Positions 29,061 through 37,865 of a stretch of DNA of 64,000 nt are shown here, piece after piece. The DNA comes from Candidatus Babeliales bacterium. Lineage in GTDB: Bacteria; Babelota; Babeliae; Babelales; JANWKD01. The position numbers and the translations under genes are program-made. The notes beneath the pieces were generated by a model that made no database searches, was not told where the DNA came from, and saw only the letters and a program-made list of their open reading frames with translations. The stretch is taken from the NCBI GenBank assembly GCA_963722075.1, contig CAVRJM010000001.1:1120001-1184000 (forward strand), written 5' to 3'. Positions within the stretch are counted from its first letter, which is position 1. Each line of letters starts with the position of its first letter.

Positions 29061-30455
29061 ATGAAAAAAAACCTAATTATTTTATTAACTATTATTCCGT
29101 TATCACTATCTGCACAACCACCAGCTTTAAGAAATTTTGGCAATAGCTGCTATGTTAATGCCTTAATACAAGCCCTCTATGCTACTAAACCCCTCAACAA
29201 TCTCTTATTAAGCACAGAAGTACCGCTAGAATTTATTTCTATTCCTGCTCGCACTTATAAAGATTTAGTGATCAATTTTATTAACGGCAATCAATCAGCT
29301 ATCGATGCAGCTTTATTTGATTTTTATAACAGCATAAAAGGAGTTTATGCAACGGGAACTGGAGCTGGGCCTTCACAACCTCCGCCAGGTATCGTTATCC
29401 CAAAGCAGGAACAACCAGCAGGCAGACGGCAGCCAGTAGGCAGAGGTCGTCGTCCAACGCCTAAATCAGCGCTTGAAAAAGCAATTGAAGAAAGTAGAAA
29501 AGAAATGTTCGAGTTTACTAAGCAACATGCGCAATTAATTACTACCATTGCACGCGCAAAAAACCCTACTTTTGATAAGTTATCTGCCAAAGAAAAGCAA
29601 GATATCCAATATTCAATTAGCGACGTTTTGAATACCTTTAATCAAGAGCGACAGCAAGATGCACACGAATTTCTTATGTATATTTTAAAAGAGCTACAAA
29701 AAATTGCACCCACTCAAGCAGAAGAACTTTTTTTCTATTTGCTCTCTAATAATGAACAAGATGCTATTCTTAATATACCCACCTATACACCGGCAAAAGT
29801 TGTTATTGATTATGCAATGGTATCAGGGCAATACCAATTGTTAAGTGAAATCTCATACTTCGATTCACTTTATGAAGGGTTAAAGAAGGCATTACGAGGA
29901 TATAAAATAGCAATCACACCTTCAATTTTCATCTGTGCATTAAATAGAACCGTTTCAGGTCGTAATATTGATACAACAGCAATTAGTTCCTTAAAAATTA
30001 GACATCCGGTGAGAATTCCATTCATTTTAAATCTGAGTCCTTATACCACAGGTGATGAGCCAACAGCTTTTGATTTATATGCTATTGCTGTTCATCGAGG
30101 CCTATCAGCAAATGCTGGTCATTATGTCACCTATGTCAAGCACAACAATCAATGGTATTTATGCAATGACATGCAAATAAAACCAGTAACGGCTCAAGCA
30201 GTACGTAATGAAATAGAAACTGATGGCTACATTCTTTTTTACCAACGGATAGAGGAATATTTTGAAGAAGAAGAGCCTGTAATTATTGAAGAAGAGTTGC
30301 CCCTTGAAGAGCCTGAAGAAATTCTTATTGAAGAACCCGTGGAAGTTCCGCCTGCTCAAAAAGAGGAAGAAGTATCGTCATTAGAACAAGCGCTGCGTTG
30401 GCTACAAATTAAATTGCAAACATTGCTAAAGGCACTCACTCATTTGTCATCCTAA
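29061..30455 (+). CDS. Secreted USP-family deubiquitinase-like protein with a UIM-like insertion
   Basis: LRNFGNSCYVNA, QQDAHEFL, HRGLSANAGHYVTYVK..WYLCND, GYILFYQR; acidic tail. Confidence 0.92.
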   Translation: MKKNLIILLTIIPLSLSAQPPALRNFGNSCYVNALIQALYATKPLNNLLLSTEVPLEFISIPARTYKDLVINFINGNQSAIDAALFDFYNSIKGVYATGTGAGPSQPPPGIVIPKQEQPAGRRQPVGRGRRPTPKSALEKAIEESRKEMFEFTKQHAQLITTIARAKNPTFDKLSAKEKQDIQYSISDVLNTFNQERQQDAHEFLMYILKELQKIAPTQAEELFFYLLSNNEQDAILNIPTYTPAKVVIDYAMVSGQYQLLSEISYFDSLYEGLKKALRGYKIAITPSIFICALNRTVSGRNIDTTAISSLKIRHPVRIPFILNLSPYTTGDEPTAFDLYAIAVHRGLSANAGHYVTYVKHNNQWYLCNDMQIKPVTAQAVRNEIETDGYILFYQRIEEYFEEEEPVIIEEELPLEEPEEILIEEPVEVPPAQKEEEVSSLEQALRWLQIKLQTLLKALTHLSS

Positions 30456-30478
30456 GACCTTTGTGCCATGAGGATCCA
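30446..30478. repeat. Type-A palindrome overlapping the USP gene stop codon
   Basis: GTCATCCTAAGACCTTTGTGCCATGAGGATCCA contains the TAA at 30453-30455. Confidence 0.65.
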
Positions 30479-30624
30479 TTTATAAATTAAAATTTGATTT
30501 TATTAATGAAATCCCATTCGAAACAACTACTATAAAGACCAATTTCTTGTCAAACCAATCACATCTGTTAGACTATTTTTGCAACTTTGTTTTGTAATTA
30601 AATTTAATTGTATAAGGATTTTAT

Positions 30625-31608
30625 ATGGAAACATCTATTTCCAGCGTTGCCATTGCAGAACAAATCAAGCAAGAAACAAAATTAAATGCTATCGCTTCAG
30701 AAGTTTCTAAGGTTATTGTTGGTCAAGAAGACATAATTACCTTTATTCTTATTAGTATTTTATGTAACGGCCATGTTCTTTTGGAAGGTGTTCCTGGCGT
30801 TGCTAAAACAACCATGATTAAAGCGGTCACCAAAGCGCTTGGCCTTTCATTCAAACGAATACAGTTTACCCCTGATTTATTACCAGCAGATCTTATTGGT
30901 ACTCTTATTTTTAACCAAAAAACACAAGATTTTGAAACTAAAAAAGGGCCTATTTTTGCCAATCTTATTTTAGCTGATGAAATAAATCGTGCGCCTGCAA
31001 AAGTACAGGCGGCATTACTGGAGGCCATGCAAGAACAACAAGTAACCATTGGATCTACTACCTATAATCTTGATAAACCATTTTTAGTATTTGCAACACA
31101 AAATCCGCTTGAGCAAGAAGGAACCTACCGCTTACCAGAAGCACAAATAGATCGGTTTATGTTTAAGTTGATTGTAAAATATCCAACTATGGCACAAGAA
31201 AAAGAAATTATTAAGCGCACCACCGAACCTTCTATTACCCAACAGGTTACGCTCGAAGATATTTATGCTCATCAAGAGCTTGTGAAACAAATATATATTG
31301 ATGAAAAGATCTATTCATATATTATTAATCTGGTTTTTGCTACACGATATCCGGAACAATTTAATCTCGCTCATATAAAGCCCTTAATAAAATATGGGGC
31401 TTCCCCACGCGCTACCCTAGCGCTCACCCACGCAGCACAAGCACATGCGTTCCTTAAAAAAAGATATTTTGTTACGCCTGATGATATTAAAGCAATTGCG
31501 GGACCAATTTTAGGACATAGAATAGTTCTTACGTACGAAGCCGATGCTCAAGAAATTACCTCTCATGATATTATTCGGACCATCCTTAATACCATTGGCG
31601 CACCCTAG
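30625..31608 (+). CDS. moxR: MoxR-family AAA+ ATPase
   Basis: HVLLEGVPGVAKT, RIQFTPDLLPAD, LADEINRAPAKVQAALLEAMQE, ATQNP. Confidence 0.93.
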   Translation: METSISSVAIAEQIKQETKLNAIASEVSKVIVGQEDIITFILISILCNGHVLLEGVPGVAKTTMIKAVTKALGLSFKRIQFTPDLLPADLIGTLIFNQKTQDFETKKGPIFANLILADEINRAPAKVQAALLEAMQEQQVTIGSTTYNLDKPFLVFATQNPLEQEGTYRLPEAQIDRFMFKLIVKYPTMAQEKEIIKRTTEPSITQQVTLEDIYAHQELVKQIYIDEKIYSYIINLVFATRYPEQFNLAHIKPLIKYGASPRATLALTHAAQAHAFLKKRYFVTPDDIKAIAGPILGHRIVLTYEADAQEITSHDIIRTILNTIGAP

Positions 31609-31733
31609 GTTTTGTATGACGGCATTAGTGATTACGCGGTTTGTCTTTGCTGCAGGGGCTTTAAATTGCTACTTGACAAAATCAAGACAACAAGGGTATT
31701 GTGTGAAAATAAAATTTAAAAAAGGAACCTTTA

Positions 31734-32846
31734 ATGAAACATCCGCTTTGGCTCGTTAATGATTTTCTTTTTATTTTATTTTTAATGATAATTTGTTTTA
31801 TGTTTATTTCTCGTCAAAAAGTCCCAACCAGTGTCAGCTTAATCCCTCGCGGAGAAATTAAGCTTCCTAAAAAAGCGGTCTCCAAGATTGACCTCAGTAA
31901 AATTTATACTAATGATCTTTTTGAAACATACCAGGCACCTGAACCTAAAGTTGAAGAAATTCCAAAAATTACCATGCCTGAACCGCCTACCCCTAAACCG
32001 GTTAAGGTACCACTTGCATTACCCGCACGATTTTTGGAACCATTACAAATCACACTAAAAGGAATCATTGCATTAGCTGATGAAGTTGAGAATATCGCGC
32101 TCATTCAAGATACTAAAACAAACGCAACAAAAAATTATAAATCAGGCGATAAAATCGAAGATGCTCAAATCATTAGAATTTTAAGCAATAAAATTATTTT
32201 AGTGCGATCAAATGGGCAACAAGAAACATTATATGTCAGTCAATATGATGCAGAATTAGATCAACAACGTCATAGGCCAACCAGTTGGTCAACCATTGTA
32301 CAAAAGAAGGAAGAGGATAATTATTTAGTTGATCCAACTGCTTTTTTAAAATTAATTCCAAATTTAGCTGAGTTTATTGATGTATTTAATTTAATTACGG
32401 TGTATAAAAAGGGTAAAAGCATCGGATGCCGTGTCGGTATGTTGCCGCAAAAATCATTACCATTGGCACTTGGCTTGCAAACCGGCGATATTATTGAAGA
32501 GATTAATGCAATACCAGCAACAACCACCGATTCTCGCTTTGAAATTTATCAAAAAGTAACGGCGCTTCAATTAGGTGACACAATAGAGGTAAAGCTTATG
32601 AGAAATAATGATGAATTTATCATTACCTATACATTACAACAACTAGAAGAACCTACTTTATCACCCGCGCCATCGGGCTTGGAAAAATCAATGCAAGAAA
32701 TTGAAGCTGAAAAAGTCGAACTGTTGCGCCAACAACATCAATTTGCACCAACATTAGAACAAATACGCATGCAGCAAAAGCGCGATATGGTGAACTATAG
32801 TAATAGAAATCGACGTAATTTTAATTTGCTTAATCGTCAGCCATAA
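31734..32846 (+). CDS. gspC: T2SS GspC-like protein (TM, HR and PDZ-like domains)
   Basis: N-terminal TM; L.GII......ALI, Y..GD.I..A.I..I....I..NG..E.L (HR); GLQTGDII.EIN (PDZ). Confidence 0.8.
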   Translation: MKHPLWLVNDFLFILFLMIICFMFISRQKVPTSVSLIPRGEIKLPKKAVSKIDLSKIYTNDLFETYQAPEPKVEEIPKITMPEPPTPKPVKVPLALPARFLEPLQITLKGIIALADEVENIALIQDTKTNATKNYKSGDKIEDAQIIRILSNKIILVRSNGQQETLYVSQYDAELDQQRHRPTSWSTIVQKKEEDNYLVDPTAFLKLIPNLAEFIDVFNLITVYKKGKSIGCRVGMLPQKSLPLALGLQTGDIIEEINAIPATTTDSRFEIYQKVTALQLGDTIEVKLMRNNDEFIITYTLQQLEEPTLSPAPSGLEKSMQEIEAEKVELLRQQHQFAPTLEQIRMQQKRDMVNYSNRNRRNFNLLNRQP

Positions 32847-32860
32847 AGTGGAAAAAAAGA

Positions 32861-35659
32861 ATGAAAATTAAGGGTAACAAATTATTTATCGTTCAAATAT
32901 TAATGCTCATGCTCCTGACGCCTAGTGCTATGCTTATTGCTCAATTATCAACGGCACTTGCTCCAGCACTGCCTGCTGATTATAACCAACCAGCAAAAAG
33001 AAGAAGAGTCTCAAAGCGTGAACGATTACATAGCCATAATAAAGAAAACCATAATAAAGAAAAGAAACAACACCGGCGACGTTCTATAACAACAGCGCTC
33101 CCTTTCGTTGCCAATCCAACGGTGCTTAAAGAACAAGATGGTGACCCAGATAACACATTGAAAAATATTTCAATAACCCAGCAAGAGCTTGAACGAGTAT
33201 TTAAAACACAAGAAGATACCGAAGCTCATTTAATAAGAGATGTTTCTTCATTACGGCCCAAAGAAGCATTTGATGATGTTAATACCATCTCTATTAATTT
33301 AGAAAAAGCAGAGCTTACTAATCTACTTACCTGGATTGAATCAGTTTTTAAAGTAAAATTTTTAAGTGGCGACTCCATTAATCCTCCTGCTGCGGGCAAA
33401 GTATCTGGTAATCTTATAAGTTATAAAACACATAAACCTATGACTAAAAAAGATGTGTGGGATCTCTTTTTAAACTTCCTTGATCTTTTTGGCTTGACGA
33501 TTGTTGCAAATCATTATACCGATGATTATCCAGATTCTTATACGGTAATGCCACAAGATACTGCCAACCAAGCTGCGCTTCCTGCTTTTGTCGGCGTTGA
33601 TTGGAAAACGTTACCAAATAATGATGCTAAAATTCGTTATGTTTACTTTGTTGAAAATGGCCCTGCAGCAAATTTATCAAATTTAGTACAAGATCTTAAA
33701 AGCAAATCAGCAGTAGTGCAAACATTTAATGCGCTCAATGCTATCATATTTTCTGATAAATCAGTAAATATAAAATCATTGATGGCTATTATTTCCGAAC
33801 TTGATAATGTAAGCATGCCTGAAGCAATGTCGGTGTTAAAATTAAAACATGCCAATGCTGAAGATGTGGTTAATTTATATCAAAGCTTAGTTTCTACCGA
33901 AGAAAAAGGAAGCGTTGCGGCACGCCTTTTTGGCGCAAAAAAACAGCCAACCGCTGTTTATTTTCCTGAAGACACGCAACTTTTTGCAGAGCCGCGCAGT
34001 AACGCCTTAATTATTTTAGGAAACCGTGAAGGGATAGCTAAAGTAGAAAATTTTATTATTGAGTACGTTGATACAGAACTTAAACAACCGTATTCACCAC
34101 TGTATGTCCATAAATTAGAATATGCTAATTCTGATAACATGGCAGCCCTTTTAACCAAAGTAACTGGCTTTGCAAGCGGCACCCCCGCGGCCATCTATGG
34201 TGGTGTTCGTGGCGGCGATAAATATTTTAGACCAATGACCTTCATATCAGAGCCAAGCGGCAATAAATTACTTATTAAAGCCGAAAAGGATGATTATTTA
34301 AAAGTAAAAGAAATTATTAAAAAACTTGACGTTAAGCAACCGCAAGTGGCTATCGAAGTTCTTATTGTAAGCGTAAACGTTGATAAACTAAAATCACTTG
34401 GCGTACAATTACGAAATAAAGCACCCAACACGCTTGGTATTACCGATAATATAGCATTTCAAACCTCTGGATTAGGACTATCAGGAGCGCAAACACCTAT
34501 TGTAACTGATGCAAATGGTGGCCTCATGGGTAACTTAATTAGCTTAGCATCCAGTGCTAATAACTTTTTCAGCCCGGGCACCACGCTCATTTCAATTGGC
34601 AGTAATATAGTAGGCGGTGTTTGGGCACTTTTCCAAGCTTTGGAAACATATACCTTTGCAAACGTCGTTTCACATCCATTTTTGATTTCCACCAATAAAT
34701 ACACGGCACAAGTTTCGGTTGGTGAAATACGACGGGTAGCAACGGGTACAGTGACCGGCGCAGGACCAACCCAAAATACTCAAGGTGACGTTTCTGCAAA
34801 TCTATCCGTTTCAATTACGCCACAAATTAATAGTGACGGCATTATTAATCTTTCGATAGAAATAAGTATTGATACCTTCACCAGCCCCGATGCAACCAGC
34901 CCGACAAAAAATACGCGGGTAGTAAAAACCAATTCAAACTTAGCAAATGGTGAAATTCTGGCTATTGGTGGTCTTATTCAAGATACTATTTCAGAGTTGC
35001 AAACCGGCGTACCGCTCTTACAACGTGTTCCATTACTTGGTTGGTTCTTTAAAAATAGAACAAAAGATAAATCAAAAAATAACTTAGTAATCTTCATCTC
35101 ACCACAAATTGTACAACCACGCACACAAGGCGGCATTGGCGATTATTCACAGCAAAAAGCCATTCTTGCACAGGATGATATGTGTGCCATGCGCCATTGC
35201 TCTGAACAACGTGATCCAATCCATCGTTGGTTCTTTAGAGATTATCCATGCGAAGATACTGAAGCAATCGACGACTTTATTAATCCAAATGAATGCAACC
35301 TTATCAAAGCATATAATTGTAGAACAGGCCAAGAATACCCACTTGATTCAGTTGAAACTGATATGGCACGCTGTTGCGACACTCCTCCTTTTGTTGATAG
35401 TGGGCCATGTACACCAGATGGCGATCATGTTACCCCATTATGCGAGCCAACGTGCCCACGACCATGCCAACCAATAAGTCCATGCCCAGAGCGTGAATAT
35501 GCACCGATTATATGCGCTAATGAGCAACAATCAGTTACCATAATCCCTGAAAAAAATAATTTGCTTGCAATAAATGAAAATACCAATCCTAAAGGTACTT
35601 TAAAACGCAAACAATCAGTAACTGACTTTCTAGAAAAAAATACGGAGGTTAACGTATGA
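32861..35659 (+). CDS. gspD: T2SS secretin GspD-like, copy 1, with basic N-terminal and Cys-rich C-terminal extensions
   Basis: N-domains (L.HANAE, PRSNALII.G), LD..QPQVAIEV.I, ITPQIN, GE.LAIGGLI, VPLL..VPLLGWFF, L.IFISP.IV. Confidence 0.9.
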   Translation: MKIKGNKLFIVQILMLMLLTPSAMLIAQLSTALAPALPADYNQPAKRRRVSKRERLHSHNKENHNKEKKQHRRRSITTALPFVANPTVLKEQDGDPDNTLKNISITQQELERVFKTQEDTEAHLIRDVSSLRPKEAFDDVNTISINLEKAELTNLLTWIESVFKVKFLSGDSINPPAAGKVSGNLISYKTHKPMTKKDVWDLFLNFLDLFGLTIVANHYTDDYPDSYTVMPQDTANQAALPAFVGVDWKTLPNNDAKIRYVYFVENGPAANLSNLVQDLKSKSAVVQTFNALNAIIFSDKSVNIKSLMAIISELDNVSMPEAMSVLKLKHANAEDVVNLYQSLVSTEEKGSVAARLFGAKKQPTAVYFPEDTQLFAEPRSNALIILGNREGIAKVENFIIEYVDTELKQPYSPLYVHKLEYANSDNMAALLTKVTGFASGTPAAIYGGVRGGDKYFRPMTFISEPSGNKLLIKAEKDDYLKVKEIIKKLDVKQPQVAIEVLIVSVNVDKLKSLGVQLRNKAPNTLGITDNIAFQTSGLGLSGAQTPIVTDANGGLMGNLISLASSANNFFSPGTTLISIGSNIVGGVWALFQALETYTFANVVSHPFLISTNKYTAQVSVGEIRRVATGTVTGAGPTQNTQGDVSANLSVSITPQINSDGIINLSIEISIDTFTSPDATSPTKNTRVVKTNSNLANGEILAIGGLIQDTISELQTGVPLLQRVPLLGWFFKNRTKDKSKNNLVIFISPQIVQPRTQGGIGDYSQQKAILAQDDMCAMRHCSEQRDPIHRWFFRDYPCEDTEAIDDFINPNECNLIKAYNCRTGQEYPLDSVETDMARCCDTPPFVDSGPCTPDGDHVTPLCEPTCPRPCQPISPCPEREYAPIICANEQQSVTIIPEKNNLLAINENTNPKGTLKRKQSVTDFLEKNTEVNV

Positions 35660-37293
35660 TTGGCCGATTGATAAAAAATGTCTTAATTCCTGAACGTATT
35701 GGCTCTTATTACTTAATCCCACAACGCATCATTGGGTTTGACATTAACAAAACGAGCATTCATGTCACTCAATTAATTCGACGGGGAAATGCTATTGTAT
35801 TAGAAAAATTTATCGATCAACCATTAGAACTTGAGCCAACCGCACCCTATAACGAACGGGTAAGTAGTACCATACGTACTATTTTAAATAAAGTTGACCG
35901 CTACGATATTATTCGCAGTTCAATTGCTAGTTCTACTGCCATATTTAAAGAATTAACGCTCCCCTTTACTGATCCTGAAAAAATTAATATGGTACTCAAT
36001 TTTGAAATAGAGCCCTTTTTACCGTTCCCCATTACGCAAACGGTTGTAGATTTCATTATCACGCACACTAATAGCGCACAGCAGCAATCAACCGTACTAG
36101 CGGCAGCCGTTAAAAAAGAATATATTGCGGAACATATAAACTATTTTGAACAAGCAGGGGTATTACCAAATGTACTCACCGTTGATTTATTTGATTTATA
36201 CGGCCTTTATAAATATATCCCTCGCTATGCTCAAGAACCTAAAAATAATGTACTCATCGATATTGGTTTTAATACAATACGAATCGCTTATATCGTCGAA
36301 GGCAAGCTAACGCTCGTGAGAACCTTAGCAAAAGGAATTTCAACGTGGGCTAAAAATGTTAGTCAACTCACCTCAATTACGCCACAAGAAGCATTAGAAA
36401 AAATTATTCGGTTTGGATTAGAGCATAATAATGATCAGGCTTACAATACCGCTATTAAGGAATCAATACTTTCTACCTTAACTGAATTACGATTCACGCT
36501 CGATTCCTTTATTGCTCAAACAAAAACAGATCAATCCATTAATAAGATATTTTTACTCGGTCAAGGTGCTGAAATTGCCGATATTAGCAGTTTTTTTAGT
36601 AAGCAGTTACATATTACTGGTGAGCTATTTGAAGTTAATGAATTATTAAAAACAAGATCTGTTTCATTAAAAAATGAAAACCGTATACCGCGCTATGCCA
36701 TTTTAAGCTTAAGTACCGCTATTACTACGCCGACCACTGAACGATTTAATTTACTTAAACAAGAATTTGCACCCGCGCATCTCTCGCTTTTTTATAAGCA
36801 ACTTGGTACTGCTGCGCTCTTTTTGTTATTAATTTTTGGCAGCATGTTTGCCTATACCTGGTGGCAAGTAAGTTCATTAAAAAAAACCGCACAATCATTT
36901 GAAAGTGAAATAGCAACCTTACTTAATCAACGAGGACTTGCCAAATCTAAAAACATGAACGATGCCATTAAACAAGCGGAAGAAAAAGTAAGCCAAGAAG
37001 AATCAATTTGGTTTGCATTCTCCAGCCAAACGCGCTTTTCCTTTTTAAAATATTTGCAAGATATTAGTAGTGCTTTGGACCGCGAAGCAACGGGATTGGT
37101 ACTTAAAAAATTAATTATTACTGAACAAGAACCACGCAGCATGGTATTAGAGGGAGAAGTAGCTGATTTTGATGCTTTAAAAATATTAGAACGGGAATTA
37201 AAGCAATCGAATTTATTTACGAGCATCCCCAGCTTACAATCAACTAAATTTAATTTACCATTAACCTTTAAAAAAGCAGGAGAACCTTCGTAA
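35656..37293 (+). CDS. PilM/GspL-like actin-fold assembly protein with TM and periplasmic domain
   Basis: IGFDI, L.LPF.D..KI..VL.FEIE..LPF, LIDIG, IFL.G.GA; TM near residue 390; L.GEV.DF.AL. Confidence 0.8.
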   Translation: MIGRLIKNVLIPERIGSYYLIPQRIIGFDINKTSIHVTQLIRRGNAIVLEKFIDQPLELEPTAPYNERVSSTIRTILNKVDRYDIIRSSIASSTAIFKELTLPFTDPEKINMVLNFEIEPFLPFPITQTVVDFIITHTNSAQQQSTVLAAAVKKEYIAEHINYFEQAGVLPNVLTVDLFDLYGLYKYIPRYAQEPKNNVLIDIGFNTIRIAYIVEGKLTLVRTLAKGISTWAKNVSQLTSITPQEALEKIIRFGLEHNNDQAYNTAIKESILSTLTELRFTLDSFIAQTKTDQSINKIFLLGQGAEIADISSFFSKQLHITGELFEVNELLKTRSVSLKNENRIPRYAILSLSTAITTPTTERFNLLKQEFAPAHLSLFYKQLGTAALFLLLIFGSMFAYTWWQVSSLKKTAQSFESEIATLLNQRGLAKSKNMNDAIKQAEEKVSQEESIWFAFSSQTRFSFLKYLQDISSALDREATGLVLKKLIITEQEPRSMVLEGEVADFDALKILERELKQSNLFTSIPSLQSTKFNLPLTFKKAGEPS

Positions 37294-37862
37294 TGGCTTT
37301 TTTTGTTTCGATAAAGGACTATTTAGATAATTTAGAGTCAAAAGATTTTAAAAAATATGTAACAATCGGTCTTGCTATTGTATTACTATTAGCAGGACTC
37401 TTAATGGTCCAATATTACCGATCAGTGTGGGCTTTACAATCACGCATTGCTGTTATTAATAAGCGACGACGTGATGTACAAAATATGCTTGAACGATTTG
37501 AGCGCGTAAAAAAACAGCAAATTGAAGTAAACACAAGCTTGGCTAAAGAAAAAGATTTTAAAATTTCACAATTCTTTGAAAATTTACTGCAAAAACTCGG
37601 GATTGATAAAAATAAAACCCAACAACCTGAAACGCTTCCAAAGGATGTTCTAGATGGATATACCGAATGGACGCTCTATGTTAACTTATCCAATTTGAAT
37701 ACTAAAAAATTGAGTGAACTTTTATACGCAATTGAACAAGAAGAACGAATTTACACCAAAGAATTAGAGATAGAAAAATCAACTAAAAGCAATGCGATTA
37801 ATGTAAAAATTACTATAGCAACGTTGGAACCTAAAGCGGAATTACAAAAAATTACAGAGTAA
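37293..37862 (+). CDS. GspM-like protein
   Basis: N-terminal TM, coiled coil, ferredoxin-like tail (V.L.NL....L.E.LY.IE); operon position. Confidence 0.65.
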   Translation: MAFFVSIKDYLDNLESKDFKKYVTIGLAIVLLLAGLLMVQYYRSVWALQSRIAVINKRRRDVQNMLERFERVKKQQIEVNTSLAKEKDFKISQFFENLLQKLGIDKNKTQQPETLPKDVLDGYTEWTLYVNLSNLNTKKLSELLYAIEQEERIYTKELEIEKSTKSNAINVKITIATLEPKAELQKITE

Positions 37863-37865
37863 ATT

